IMG/VR virus record: IMGVR_UViG_3300012001_000008
Span: 1-64,000 of that record
Length of the DNA stretch: 64,000 bases
DNA from: a virus
Strand: one strand, 5' to 3'
This document shows, in pieces, positions 34,398-45,160 of the stretch. Numbering within the stretch: position 1 is the stretch's first letter; each line of letters opens with the position of its first letter. The notes below the pieces were generated by a model. That model was not told the origin of the DNA, searched no databases, and saw only the letters and a program-made list of their open reading frames with translations. The position numbers and the translations under genes were made by a program.

Positions 34398-37261
34398 TAG
34401 CTTATTGCTCCTACGAAGGCTAGTCCAGCATTAACGCCAGAGGTGATTGGAATAGCCCTGATTATGTTACCAAAGTTTGTTGCGCCGTCTACCTGTAAGT
34501 TTGCAACCTGTGTTGTATCGCGGTTAACCCAGAACACCTTCTTGCTTGTTCCAGATACGTCAGAATAACCAGCGAACTCGATAGGTGTCATCACTGTATA
34601 GTCTCCTGAGTGTGTATTGCTTGATACTCGAATACCCTCAGTTGTTAAAGCAACCTGCGTGTTGAGGATTTCAGAGTGTGACTGGTCCCATTGTACCAAA
34701 GTCTTACCTGCCATAACCCTTAAGTCAGTGATTTCGATACTAGTAGTAGTGCTTGTTGCCGCGAGAGTGATGTCCCAGTAGTTCTGTCCAGGCGTTACAT
34801 TCTCTAGCTTGAGTTCTTGCCAGACATAGCCAGTTGCACTGTCGATTGTAATAGAAAAACTTGTAACTGCATTAGAGATGGTTAGTGTTGCACCACCGTT
34901 GCCGAGTGTCTTGTTAACACGGAAGCCGATAGAGTATGGCGAGTTGTTAGCAACGCTAATACGCTGTGTAATCTGGGCGCTACTGCCTATAAGTTGTATG
35001 GCGTTACCAGATGTAGCGCCTGAGCTGAGTGAACCTGCGCTAGAGTACGATGTCACCGTTCCTGTGCCAGTCTTAGTCCAGAAGCTTAGTGAGCCATCTG
35101 TCTCTTTAGCATAGCCTACTGAGTTAAGGATTAAGTTACCACCACCAACGCTTTGAATCTGTGTCGTTACTTCATCAATCGTTTGATATACTTCTGTAAA
35201 GGCATTGGTCGTGTTAATGCCATCTGTTACCTGCTGACTAACAATGCTTGCGATGTCATTGCCCTGCTTATCAACCTTAATCTCTGTGTTATAGATAGTC
35301 TTAAGAATACCACCAGCAGTCTGGTAGTTAATCGTCTGCGCGGTAGGGATAATAGATACGAGGCTCTCATCTACCGAACCAGCAAGAGTTAAGTGAACCT
35401 CGCTTAGGAGCGACAAGTATGTCTTTGAATCTTGTGTGTATTGAATAACGTCGCCGACCTCATACCAACCAAGACCAATTGTGCTTGCCTTGCTTGCGTT
35501 CCAGTCTGTTCCGACCAATTCTCTGTATAGTGGTGGCAATAAGTCTTGACGGTCGTCGTCGAGAATCTGTACGTTATTAATCTGCACTTCTTTAACCGCT
35601 AGGATAGAGATAGTAATAGTTCCGCTACCTGCTGTTGTTAGGTCTATGATGTTAGTGCCTGATAGTGCATCTGCGTATGTTGGTGTAAGGGCGAAGGTGT
35701 CTGCGCTACCGCCAGTATAAACGAAGTAGTTAGTACTAGGCAATAGGGGCGCTGGAAGGGTAGTTGTAGAAGATAGTTGTACAAGCGTACCATCTCCCAT
35801 GCCGTTTGCTGTCACTGTTATGAGGTTAGTGCTTGTATCAACACTAGTAATCGTGCTAGAGGCAGAGTTAGGGTTCGTTTGGGCGACGTTATCGTTCTGA
35901 GGGACGCGACCAAGAACAACACTTGTGACTGGACCATACTCGTCGCCTATTGTGAGCTTCTTTAGCACTGTCGAGTCTAGCATGTCTATGCTATATGCTG
36001 TAGCATCAATATCTGCAAGGTCGCCAATGCGTGGGTCTTGAAGGATGTTGAACTTGTCCATTATTACTGTTGAACTTGTAGTTTCGGCAGCCCATGTACC
36101 AGCAGTAGGCTCTACAATGAGCGCGGTGAAGTCGATAGGATTAGCAGCAGAGTACTGAGTGACCCATGTATATCCGTCGGACGATGTCTCCCAGTATGTT
36201 GTGCCTGAGTTCTCGCGGATTCTAAAGTATACGTCATTAGCGGTGCTGTATGCAGAACTTCCAACGACTGTTCTTGTTGAGGCGACTATCTTGTACGCGT
36301 ATTTAGTGTTACCACTCACCATCCAAGAGACGGCATTAGCAGCAGTCGCATCGCGTGCCTGTACAGGGTATGCTTCTAGGCTTGTAAGCGATTGGTCGCC
36401 AGCATTCACTAGCTTCATACTGACTTGTCTACCCGTCATGTTGAATGGGGCAGAGAGCAGACCGTGGTACTGCGTAGAGCCTGATGGGAGAGCGATGTTA
36501 AGTTGACCGTTAACAATAGAGAGTTGAGCAGCGTTGTATGAGCCACCCTTCCACTTGGTTGTTGTGTCAATAATATCGAAGTCATCATCGAATGGTACAG
36601 GAGCGGTGTTGAATCGCGCGAAGACTAGTGTTGTGTCTGTTACGCGGGCAGTTGTGCCTGTTGAGCTAGCAATCTCCTGAATAACCGTCTGTAGCGTGGC
36701 ATTGGAGAGGTTAGCGTAGAGGTCTTGGAGGATTGTGTACCCTGCATTAGGGAGACTAGGGAACTCAGCCATAAGGCTAAGACCAAGCGTTGAGGCAATA
36801 CCCTGAGCAAGAGCAGTCACCGTAAGGGGGAATGTAACGATACCAGCAGAGTAAGGGGTCCTGCTAGCAGTCCACATGTGGTCGTATAGGGTAATAGTGG
36901 TGCTTCCAGCATCATAATCATAGGCAACAGTGTCTACAATGTAGAATCCTTCGCTAATATAGTCGTAACCAGACACGCTTGGGTCATTATTGTATAGACC
37001 AAGACGAATCTGGAATAGTTCGCCAGATACAGCGCCACTGATAATACCAATAAGCTTGACTGTCGCCTTCTTTGTTACTGTGCCGAGGAATCCACCAACA
37101 GAGTCAATACCGACAGACATAAGTGTGTCTGATGAGGTGTACTTAGCAGTCGTGTCGTCGTAGTAGCCGTATGGGTCTTGTGTTTGGCGGACAACAATAA
37201 CATCACTCTGTTTTACAGGTGCTTGAGCGAGAGTCTCAAAGACAGAGTCATGGATAATCAT
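34397..37261 (-). CDS. Tail tip / baseplate hub protein with carbohydrate-binding-like domains
   Basis: 954 aa; EGFYIVD, LYDHM, GGNLILNS motifs. Confidence 0.75.
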   Translation of the reverse strand: MIIHDSVFETLAQAPVKQSDVIVVRQTQDPYGYYDDTTAKYTSSDTLMSVGIDSVGGFLGTVTKKATVKLIGIISGAVSGELFQIRLGLYNNDPSVSGYDYISEGFYIVDTVAYDYDAGSTTITLYDHMWTASRTPYSAGIVTFPLTVTALAQGIASTLGLSLMAEFPSLPNAGYTILQDLYANLSNATLQTVIQEIASSTGTTARVTDTTLVFARFNTAPVPFDDDFDIIDTTTKWKGGSYNAAQLSIVNGQLNIALPSGSTQYHGLLSAPFNMTGRQVSMKLVNAGDQSLTSLEAYPVQARDATAANAVSWMVSGNTKYAYKIVASTRTVVGSSAYSTANDVYFRIRENSGTTYWETSSDGYTWVTQYSAANPIDFTALIVEPTAGTWAAETTSSTVIMDKFNILQDPRIGDLADIDATAYSIDMLDSTVLKKLTIGDEYGPVTSVVLGRVPQNDNVAQTNPNSASSTITSVDTSTNLITVTANGMGDGTLVQLSSTTTLPAPLLPSTNYFVYTGGSADTFALTPTYADALSGTNIIDLTTAGSGTITISILAVKEVQINNVQILDDDRQDLLPPLYRELVGTDWNASKASTIGLGWYEVGDVIQYTQDSKTYLSLLSEVHLTLAGSVDESLVSIIPTAQTINYQTAGGILKTIYNTEIKVDKQGNDIASIVSQQVTDGINTTNAFTEVYQTIDEVTTQIQSVGGGNLILNSVGYAKETDGSLSFWTKTGTGTVTSYSSAGSLSSGATSGNAIQLIGSSAQITQRISVANNSPYSIGFRVNKTLGNGGATLTISNAVTSFSITIDSATGYVWQELKLENVTPGQNYWDITLAATSTTTSIEITDLRVMAGKTLVQWDQSHSEILNTQVALTTEGIRVSSNTHSGDYTVMTPIEFAGYSDVSGTSKKVFWVNRDTTQVANLQVDGATNFGNIIRAIPITSGVNAGLAFVGAIS

Positions 37262-37515
37262 TAGTTAATTGGCTGAATCCTTACGCCAGTTTGGATTTGT
37301 GCATTTTTATCTGCGCCGAATAGGAAGTTTAGTCCACATTTACGGCAACGTGCCTCGCCAGCAGAGCCAGCAGTCACCTTAACACAAAGGGAGTTACACT
37401 TATATAGCTTGTTGTCAGACTTGCTGATACGTTCGTAGGGGCATCGTACCTCTAGGAGTGTAGTTGGCTCATCTGGTAGGCTATCGGTGTCTTGGAGGGG
37501 GTTTTCTGTGTTCAT
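37261..37515 (-). CDS. Mu Com-like zinc-ribbon protein
   Basis: EVRCP...CNSLC...RCRKC. Confidence 0.6.
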   Translation of the reverse strand: MNTENPLQDTDSLPDEPTTLLEVRCPYERISKSDNKLYKCNSLCVKVTAGSAGEARCRKCGLNFLFGADKNAQIQTGVRIQPIN

Positions 37516-37670
37516 GTAATCTCTTTTGGATTTAATTTATATCTATTACCAGTATACCACTACCAATAACTCAAAAAACAAGCCCCACAGCGAGCTTTGC
37601 TGAGGGACTTGGGCAATTGGTGCTTTTTGTGTCTAAAACGCGTTAGAGAGGCTTAGAACGCGTCACAGGA

Positions 37671-37916
37671 CTATTCTTTGTCGTCTTCGCTTACGACATT
37701 ATCGACAGTTGGGATTTTGCCTGTCTCTTTCTTCACAATATTCTTGTTAAGAACAGTTGCAGGGATATTTTTCTCTGATTTGTTGCCATTGTTCTTGCGT
37801 GGGGCTTGTCGTACCGACTTCTCCAATAAAAAAGCGTCTAACTGCGCCTGCTCTTCGTTGGTCATTGTGTAATATTGGTTGCTCGATAGCTCTAATAGCT
37901 GTTCAATTGTCTTCAT
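37671..37916 (-). CDS. Hypothetical protein
   Basis: 81 aa, AAGGA RBS. Confidence 0.65.
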   Translation of the reverse strand: MKTIEQLLELSSNQYYTMTNEEQAQLDAFLLEKSVRQAPRKNNGNKSEKNIPATVLNKNIVKKETGKIPTVDNVVSEDDKE

Positions 37917-38139
37917 TTTTATTTCCTTTTAACTGTTGTTCTACTAATAAGTATACATCTTCCTCTGGTTTTTTCAAGTATTCGGCGAGGTCACTAACGG
38001 CAATTTTCTTAATTGTATCGAAGGTTGTCATCGGTATTGGGACATTTGTATCGCGCGAGTTCTCTAGTAGCTGTATAACGACTAGCATCCCCATCATCTG
38101 TCCGTGTCCGTAGTCGTCGCTTGGCTTTGGTATCTGCAT
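37903..38139 (-). CDS. Hypothetical protein
   Basis: 78-aa ORF. Confidence 0.65.
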   Translation of the reverse strand: MQIPKPSDDYGHGQMMGMLVVIQLLENSRDTNVPIPMTTFDTIKKIAVSDLAEYLKKPEEDVYLLVEQQLKGNKNEDN

Positions 38140-38201
38140 ATATAAGTTTCTCTATTTGTTTTTATTAAACACCTATATAAGTATCTATAAACTTATATAG
38201 A

Positions 38202-38408
38202 TTAACGAGTGGGGAAGATTGGGCAGGTCTTAATCCAGAGTTCTTCGTACTTGTCGCCATTAAGTTCTGCAAGAGTGGCAGCATAGGCAATCATACGGTC
38301 AAGGCGCTTTGCCTCATCTGGTTCATCGAACTTATCCATTACATGATAACGGAAAGCAGTACCTATACGGTACTTGAGGATTGTTACCGAGTCCTCTGAT
38401 AAATCCAT
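38202..38408 (-). CDS. Small hypothetical protein (MDLSEDSV...), candidate immunity protein
   Basis: 3' part of ORF 38202..38480; GGAG RBS. Confidence 0.55.
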   Translation of the reverse strand: MDLSEDSVTILKYRIGTAFRYHVMDKFDEPDEAKRLDRMIAYAATLAELNGDKYEELWIKTCPIFPTR

Positions 38409-38409
38409 C

Positions 38410-38589
38410 TTATGCTCCGACCATTGCGATGACCGCTGTAACCGTAGCGTCATCAGTAATGCGTGGGAGACCCACGGCATCTAAGAAGACCTCGCTCTTA
38501 GCGACATCAACAAAGTACTTAGTACCATTTAGTGTAATCATCAGTAGTGGTTGGTCGTCCACAGTTCCTACCATATATTCTTTAGCCAT
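38410..38589 (-). CDS. 59-aa protein (MAKEYMVGTVDDQP...), candidate immunity protein
   Basis: Read from the sequence; GGAG RBS; promoter copy at 38611-38639. Confidence 0.65.
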   Translation of the reverse strand: MAKEYMVGTVDDQPLLMITLNGTKYFVDVAKSEVFLDAVGLPRITDDATVTAVIAMVGA

Positions 38590-38642
38590 TATAAACTCCG
38601 TTCAATCTCTATTATGCTCTTTTTTTACGAAAAACACAACCC

Positions 38643-40550
38643 CTAGTGCAGGTCTGCATAGACAATATCACCATCTATGCGGGTTATAGTTAGTGACGAA
38701 CCGCTAGGCATTAACACCTCTGCTTCGCCCATAGTGCGTCCACGCTTACCGAATGTAACATAGTCAGGGATAATTGCTTTTTGTCCCTTTTTTGCTGAGA
38801 TAACGAGCATGGAACCACCCTTATACTTGAATGTATCAGCTATCTTCTGGTCGGTTGAGGTGCTTAGGAATGAGCGCGAGTGTATAGTCTCTCCGACATC
38901 TGTATTCTGGTGTACTGGAATCTCTGTACCACGATAGATAGTGGTATCGTTGGCGAGAGTGACATTAGCAGCAGTATCAATGTTCTTGATTGTGTCGCCG
39001 TAGGTAGTCTTTGTACCGTAGACGTTAAGTGGGTCATCAAGCATATTGGCGCGAGCATGAATGTTAATGGCATCGTACATGTGACCTTGGTAGGCGCGTA
39101 CTGAGTCAGTAACATCACCTGAGTGCTGTCCTAGAGAGCCATCGAAGTAAGAAGACTCAACATACTTATTGAAGTCATTAACATTGCCTAGTTTAGATAG
39201 GTCAACAGGGATACTCTTGCTTCCACCCTTCTTCTTAGCGAACTTACCAGTAAGGTCGCGTGGGTGCAGGTCTTCTACGAAGGGTACATCGTTAAGCATC
39301 TTGCCATCGTAGGTGTTGAAAAAGCTTCCGTCCTCGCGTTGGATAAGGAGTTCATAACGGCACTGACAGTTAACGTGAATGTGTCCGCTCTGTAGCTTCT
39401 CGTAGGTAGGCTTAATCTTGTATGTCTTGCCACCGTCCTTAACAGAGAAAGTCTTGCCGAAAGGGATGAAGTCGTTCTTGAAGGGGATAGGATTAAGCGC
39501 AGTTGCGTCGATGATAGCCTGACAGATAGCCTCTGGGTGTCCTGTGTTACTTACTAGGCGCTTGTATGCCTTGTCGGTAAGTTGGTTCTGGGCGAGGAAC
39601 TGCTTGTCTGCATCGAACTGACTCATAGTGAATACACGGTTAGCTTCGTTGCCAGCAATGACAGTGGCGCGACGCTTACCAATACCAGCGAAGTTCTCTT
39701 GGAGGTTTTTGATAACAGCCTGTCGAGTATCACCCTTAAGGATAAGGTCACGAGCGTAGGCATAGATGTTCTCGTCCTTGTGGACAGCGCGTAGGTACTG
39801 CTTCTCGTCTAGTGAGGCGAGTGCTTCGAACTTGTCTTTAAGAGCAGCCTCAATACTTGGGTTACTTAGCTCGCTATCAATAGCGTCATCGAGTGAGTTC
39901 TTAAGGTCTTTGGCAATAGTGTGTACATGGCTCTTAGCGCCACGCTCTGCTTGTAGCTTCATAGCAGCTTGTCCAGATTTAGTCTGGGCGAAGACGGTGT
40001 GTAGACCGAACTGCACGAGTAGGTGTTGTAGGCGTTGCTTGGCGTAGAGAGGAAGCAAGATAGCCCCGATAGTTAGGAGCGCGAACATAAGCGTATGTGT
40101 CTGTTGGCTCTCAACGGCGTTCTCTAGGATAGCCTCAGCCTCAGCATAGTCGCCATTCTGTACGGCTTGTACATATCGAGCAAGGATTTGGTTATCAACA
40201 CGCTCAACACTCTGCTTGAACTGCTCTGTTGCTAGGTCTATCTGGCGTTGCTCGTCAGGAGAGATGTTAGCATTAGCAACGAATGCGCGTGGACCCATAC
40301 CGAAAGACTGTTCTTCAACAACTGACGCATCTGGCTCGTTAGCAGGCTCTAAGTCGCCTTCGCTACGGAGTTCCTTAAGAAGCGCCTTGGCCTCCTGAGC
40401 CATGGTCTTAATCTTCTTTGCATTCTCCTCTGGGGTGACGAGTTGTACCTTTGTCGAGGCAGTAAGAGCAGCCTTAAGAGCAGCGAGTGAAGCAGCGCTA
40501 GGATTGGCTGGTGTTGGAGCTTGCTGTGTAGGAGCATTGCTATTCTGCAT
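38643..40550 (-). CDS. MuF (SPP1 gp7-like) minor head protein fused to an ADP-ribosyltransferase domain
   Basis: After portal; RATVIAGNE and HVNCQC MuF motifs; HPRDLTGKF linker; R-S-E ART motifs IYRG, FLSTS, EAEVL. Confidence 0.85.
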   Translation of the reverse strand: MQNSNAPTQQAPTPANPSAASLAALKAALTASTKVQLVTPEENAKKIKTMAQEAKALLKELRSEGDLEPANEPDASVVEEQSFGMGPRAFVANANISPDEQRQIDLATEQFKQSVERVDNQILARYVQAVQNGDYAEAEAILENAVESQQTHTLMFALLTIGAILLPLYAKQRLQHLLVQFGLHTVFAQTKSGQAAMKLQAERGAKSHVHTIAKDLKNSLDDAIDSELSNPSIEAALKDKFEALASLDEKQYLRAVHKDENIYAYARDLILKGDTRQAVIKNLQENFAGIGKRRATVIAGNEANRVFTMSQFDADKQFLAQNQLTDKAYKRLVSNTGHPEAICQAIIDATALNPIPFKNDFIPFGKTFSVKDGGKTYKIKPTYEKLQSGHIHVNCQCRYELLIQREDGSFFNTYDGKMLNDVPFVEDLHPRDLTGKFAKKKGGSKSIPVDLSKLGNVNDFNKYVESSYFDGSLGQHSGDVTDSVRAYQGHMYDAINIHARANMLDDPLNVYGTKTTYGDTIKNIDTAANVTLANDTTIYRGTEIPVHQNTDVGETIHSRSFLSTSTDQKIADTFKYKGGSMLVISAKKGQKAIIPDYVTFGKRGRTMGEAEVLMPSGSSLTITRIDGDIVYADLH

Positions 40551-40551
40551 A

Positions 40552-41949
40552 TTAGCTTACCTGTGGTGTTAAGTCTGGCTGTCCACCTGGGTTAACTGGT
40601 GGTTGAGGTTGGGTTATCTGGGCGATTTCCTCTGGTGTTGCACCAGCTGCATAGAGAGCAGCAACAAGGGCATCTTCATCAGATATACCAGGTTGTAGGG
40701 TTGGAGAACCAAGAGCAGCCAAGTCAATCTCACCAGTAACGAACTGGGTGGCAATCTCTTCTTCGTAGCCAGCAGCGATAAGTGTTTGGCGGAAGGCAAG
40801 TTGACCTTGGTTTACTTGAATCTCAAGGAGTGTGTTAGCGAAGTCGCTAGAGAGAGGGTTGTTTAGGGCAATCTCGTAGCCAGTAGACACAAAGTCCTCT
40901 GGGTAGTAGCGCTTGTAGTCCATGTTCAATGCACCAATCATCTTCTTGACCATAGGCATAACGGCATTCTCCGTGAAGTCGTCCTTCTGTACGGATGCTG
41001 TCTCGCGTCCTGTACCGCTTTGGTCTAGACCGAGTTGGTTCTTAGATGTACCACCAACAGAGATAAGTTGGTCGCGGTTATCAGAGTTAACAGTAGTAAG
41101 AGCAGACTTGTTTAGGTCAATGCTTGTGTCTTGGTAAGAGATAGCAGATGGACCGTTACCGAAGAGTGGCTCACCAGGAGCGTGGTTCTTAACGCGCTCT
41201 TTGAAGTTCTCGAACTCGTAGTCTTCCATGATGATGTCTGATGTGATGAGTCCAGGAGCGTTGATGTTGTTACGGATACTCTTACGAGAGTAGTCAGCAG
41301 CCTGCTTAAGGACGAACTGTGCGTCGCTAGCAGCATCACCTAGTGAGAAGGACTTCTTACGGTCTACTGGGTTCTTCTTGATAACCTCAATAATCATCTC
41401 TTTAGGGATTTCACGCTGTAGTCCATCACGGCTCTCAACATAACCACCTAGCTCGCCTTCTTGGTTGAAGACACGCTTAACTTGGTATGGGTTAAGGAAC
41501 TCGAAGTTCTGTATGTTGCCTACCTTTGTGTAGCCATTCTTGAGCTTCTGGTTGGTGACGGTACGGACTGCCATGACGTAGAATACGCCTTCCAAGTCCA
41601 TGTAACGAGAGTACTCATACCAAAAATCCTCAGCCGTGAAGTCGAGGGAGTCATTAATAAGTTTTAGGTAAGGGTGTTCGCTTGATGTACCATCTTTCTT
41701 GGTACTCTTTGTGTAGGTGTATTCTGTGCCGAGGATAACAGCACGATTGGCGCGACGCTCGATGATAGCATAGCCGTAGCCTGTATACATATCCTCGTCA
41801 GTAAGGACGGGGTCATCAATGTTGAGTGTCATCTTAGGGCGTGAGCCGTAGCGGAGGAACTCGTTGCCGATTGTTGAGTTGTTCGTCTTGTCGATACTTG
41901 GCGCATTAAAGGCTCTGACCGCATTTCGAACTCTTTGGAGTGGGTTCAT
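40552..41949 (-). CDS. Portal protein (HK97-like)
   Basis: After the terminase; HPYLKL, LNPYQV, NAPGLI motifs. Confidence 0.85.
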   Translation of the reverse strand: MNPLQRVRNAVRAFNAPSIDKTNNSTIGNEFLRYGSRPKMTLNIDDPVLTDEDMYTGYGYAIIERRANRAVILGTEYTYTKSTKKDGTSSEHPYLKLINDSLDFTAEDFWYEYSRYMDLEGVFYVMAVRTVTNQKLKNGYTKVGNIQNFEFLNPYQVKRVFNQEGELGGYVESRDGLQREIPKEMIIEVIKKNPVDRKKSFSLGDAASDAQFVLKQAADYSRKSIRNNINAPGLITSDIIMEDYEFENFKERVKNHAPGEPLFGNGPSAISYQDTSIDLNKSALTTVNSDNRDQLISVGGTSKNQLGLDQSGTGRETASVQKDDFTENAVMPMVKKMIGALNMDYKRYYPEDFVSTGYEIALNNPLSSDFANTLLEIQVNQGQLAFRQTLIAAGYEEEIATQFVTGEIDLAALGSPTLQPGISDEDALVAALYAAGATPEEIAQITQPQPPVNPGGQPDLTPQVS

Positions 41950-42025
41950 ATATGTTTTTTGTCTCTGTTTATTACTCTATACGCTACGGTATTGTTGTCT
42001 ATAGTTTATTATACAGCATAGCTCG

Positions 42026-43441
42026 CTAGAAGCCAAGCCTATTCATGTTATGCTTATCGTCCTTAATCTTGCCGTGGAACTTGCTGTGCATACGGACAGC
42101 AATACTGAATGAGTCAGCGAAGTCGGGTGAGCGTCCGAGGACTTCTTTTATCTTGTCCTTCTTGGTGACCTTCTCTACACCATCCACCATATCGGTGTCA
42201 TGGGCAGATAGTTCTCGCCATAGCTCATCATCATGTCCTCTATAGGACTCTCTCTGTAGGACTTGGACTTCCCCTTCGTCTAATGCTCTACGCATATTGA
42301 GCATCGTTTCATTGCGCGACTTGCCTGTAGCGGTGTATTCGTCTATGTGCCAACCGAGTATCTTCATACTGTCACGCATAGCAGTACCAACGCCGTTTAC
42401 CTCTAGGCTTATCTGTCGTGCTTGTCCCTTAGTGAATCCCTTGCTCTCGGCGAAGGCAATTAACTGCTGGGCGAATAGGTATCCTGTTGGGCGCGAGTCT
42501 ATCTCGCTATTCTGACCATAGGTGCGTTCAGGAATCTTGAGTTCCTTCTGCTCTGTGAGAACGCCATACTCAATAAGACTGACTACGGTAGCGTCGCCAC
42601 CATTATCGCTTACGTCCACGCCGATGACCTTGTCTAGCTTATAGCGTGAGTCTTTAGGAATGACGTTGCCCTGCTCGTCTCGCTCTGGCTCTGGTAGCTT
42701 GAAGATGCTTGCCTTCTCCCACAGGTAGCCAGTAATGAGGGCGCGGTCTTCATCGAGATAGTTCCAGTTATTGTAGAGGTAGCGTTGCGCCCACCACTTT
42801 GGCTTGCTCTTTATAAGGGAGTTAATGTCTTGGTCGGTCTGCCAAGAGTCCTCTAGGGTGAACTCTATGACCATAACATTGCTAGGTAGTTCGTTCTTCT
42901 TCCACTTGTCGTAGTAACGGCTCTTTGTCCAACCGTTATTAGGGTTCATTGTGTGGATGTTAATGCTTGGCTGTCCCTGTTGGTTAGCACGACCTTTACG
43001 ACTCATAATCATGTCTACTGCATCTTCGATTAGCTCGTTGCTTTCCTCTAGTTGGTTAGCGGTAATGTCGAGTCCCTTAATCTTGTTCTGGTCGCGGTCG
43101 GTAGAGCTATCTGCTTGGGCGAAGGTGATAATGCTCTTATTGGGGAACTCAATCAAGAGTGAGCCTTCATTAAGGCGATAGTGGTCTTCCTCAATCATGT
43201 TCATATCGGCGAGCATCTTCTTGTATGTACGCCAGATAGTCTTACGCGCAGTGTTGAAGTTCTTGCGCCAGACAAACATCTGCGAGTAGGGGAACTCGTT
43301 AGCTATAGAGATGAAGACATGGGCAGCGAGAGCAGACTTACCCACACCAGTTGGACCAATAAGAATCAACTCGTCAATATCTGGACGGTTGTTAAGGATG
43401 TCGATGACCTCTTGTTGCTTAGGCTTAAGCTGTAGAGCCAT
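42026..43441 (-). CDS. Terminase large subunit
   Basis: LKPKQ, Walker A GPTGVGKS, TMNP coupling motif, nuclease IGVDVS and LGRSPDFADS. Confidence 0.92.
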   Translation of the reverse strand: MALQLKPKQQEVIDILNNRPDIDELILIGPTGVGKSALAAHVFISIANEFPYSQMFVWRKNFNTARKTIWRTYKKMLADMNMIEEDHYRLNEGSLLIEFPNKSIITFAQADSSTDRDQNKIKGLDITANQLEESNELIEDAVDMIMSRKGRANQQGQPSINIHTMNPNNGWTKSRYYDKWKKNELPSNVMVIEFTLEDSWQTDQDINSLIKSKPKWWAQRYLYNNWNYLDEDRALITGYLWEKASIFKLPEPERDEQGNVIPKDSRYKLDKVIGVDVSDNGGDATVVSLIEYGVLTEQKELKIPERTYGQNSEIDSRPTGYLFAQQLIAFAESKGFTKGQARQISLEVNGVGTAMRDSMKILGWHIDEYTATGKSRNETMLNMRRALDEGEVQVLQRESYRGHDDELWRELSAHDTDMVDGVEKVTKKDKIKEVLGRSPDFADSFSIAVRMHSKFHGKIKDDKHNMNRLGF

Positions 43442-43862
43442 CTTCGATTGCCTTTGGTTCGACTATCTCAGCATCAATAAGATTGCGAGGTTTAATCTGT
43501 GAGATGACAATTGGCTCCATCTTGATAGTCTCGCCATTGCTAGTAATATCAATCTTGTCACCGAAGCCTGTCTTGCGTAGCCACTCAGCAGAGAAGTGCG
43601 AGCCACCCATAGCTTTAAGTACCTGAGCGATAGTAACCGCTTGCATAAGGGTCTTAGTGCCAGTAGGCTCTAGCCATAATGGTTTGTTCTTTAAGTTCTC
43701 GGTAAGCTTATTGAATAGTTCTTCGTCGTTAAGAAGTTCCTGTACGACAGAAGACCAGTTCTTGCTTCCTTTCGGGCGACCACCTAGCTTGCCTGCTTCG
43801 CTTGGGTCTAATAGGTTGCCTAATTGCTTTGCAGCTTTCTCTGGGTCTTGTGATATTGGCAT
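43425..43862 (-). CDS. Terminase small subunit
   Basis: GGRPKGSKN and DKIDITSNGE motifs; overlaps the large-subunit start. Confidence 0.75.
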   Translation of the reverse strand: MPISQDPEKAAKQLGNLLDPSEAGKLGGRPKGSKNWSSVVQELLNDEELFNKLTENLKNKPLWLEPTGTKTLMQAVTIAQVLKAMGGSHFSAEWLRKTGFGDKIDITSNGETIKMEPIVISQIKPRNLIDAEIVEPKAIEDGSTA

Positions 43863-44085
43863 TTTTGTACGCTCTCTGTGTATATTTAACCGTATTATTC
43901 GGCTTTATTTGGGTTATAACCCTATTATACAACAAAGAGCTAAATGACGTTGTTGCTACTTAGCTCGGTAAACTTATCTTTCACCCACTGAGGGATACTA
44001 TTGCCTGGTACTAGTCTACCCAAATAGAACCACCTATAAGAATGGTTACGCCAGTTCAGCCGTCGCCATAGCCAATATGTGTCAC

Positions 44086-45160
44086 TCACTCGCTATATCT
44101 AGCCCCAGAGATTGGTAGAATCGGAAGTTGTGTAAAAGTCGTGTCACACATACCACAGGTACACATAGCATACATTCCAGGATTATCGCGCACCCGTCTA
44201 AGCATGTTCTTTCTTATCTCAGAATGTATGCGTTCGTGTACCTTGTCTTGCTCTATCTCTTTTAGAACCTCTTTTACCTGTTCCTTAGACTCTTTTGTTA
44301 TCATTCTTCTTATCCTCATAGTAAGTCATGTATTTGTTCCTGTCTGTTACCCATAGTATCTCTCTTTCGAGACTGGTAATGTTTTCTTTTAGGGCGCGAA
44401 TCATATGTCGGGCGAACTTAATAGCTTCTTGGGATGGTAACTCTACTAGCCTCTCACCGCGTTGCATAATAGCGAGGGTGTCTTCTGTCTCGGCATCATC
44501 ACCTACGAGCGATATGGTCTTGTGGTAAATACGTTCTTTGGGCGACACTGGTGGAATATCCATCGGGGTGAAGAAGTCTGTAGTGCCGTCGTCGAACTTA
44601 ACCATACTACTTCCCTGTACAGCTATTGACTACTGGGGTAGTTATTGGTTCGGGCGACGCTGTAGGAACCCATGGCGTTGTATCTACTGGAATATCACAG
44701 GTTTCTGTTCCACCCTTCATACACTGTGGGTTAGCTGGGTCTGTGTTATCACAGCCATCTACTGGGTTAGATAGTCTATTAGGATATTGGCAGGTGCTAT
44801 GGTCGAATGTTGTTTCTGTGGGCGCGACAGTCGCAGCTGTTGCGGGACGAGTAGCGCCATACACCCAACCGCTTAGAGCGACAACAAGTAATAGTACAAG
44901 AGTTAGTTTTTTCATTTCTTAACCTCCTTAAATATATATTCATTATACCCCTGTGCGCCAGAACCAACCAGCGGTAGACTATCTATGTACTGCTGGTAGT
45001 GTTCCTTACATAGGTCAAGCTTCTCTCCTGAGAGATATGGAGTTGTGGCGCGACCCTCTGTCTGTTCTGTGGTGAAGCGGACTGATAGCGTCTTCTGCTT
45101 ATGGTCTGCTTCTTTCGAGCAACCCTTTATGTCGCATAGTGTTTGAGTTATAGTACTCAT
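44086..45160 (-). CDS. Run of four small hypothetical genes (44086-44319, 44285-44605, 44607-44915 with signal peptide and four Cys, 44912-45160 zinc-finger-like)
   Basis: Abutting or overlapping ORFs on one strand. Confidence 0.6.
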
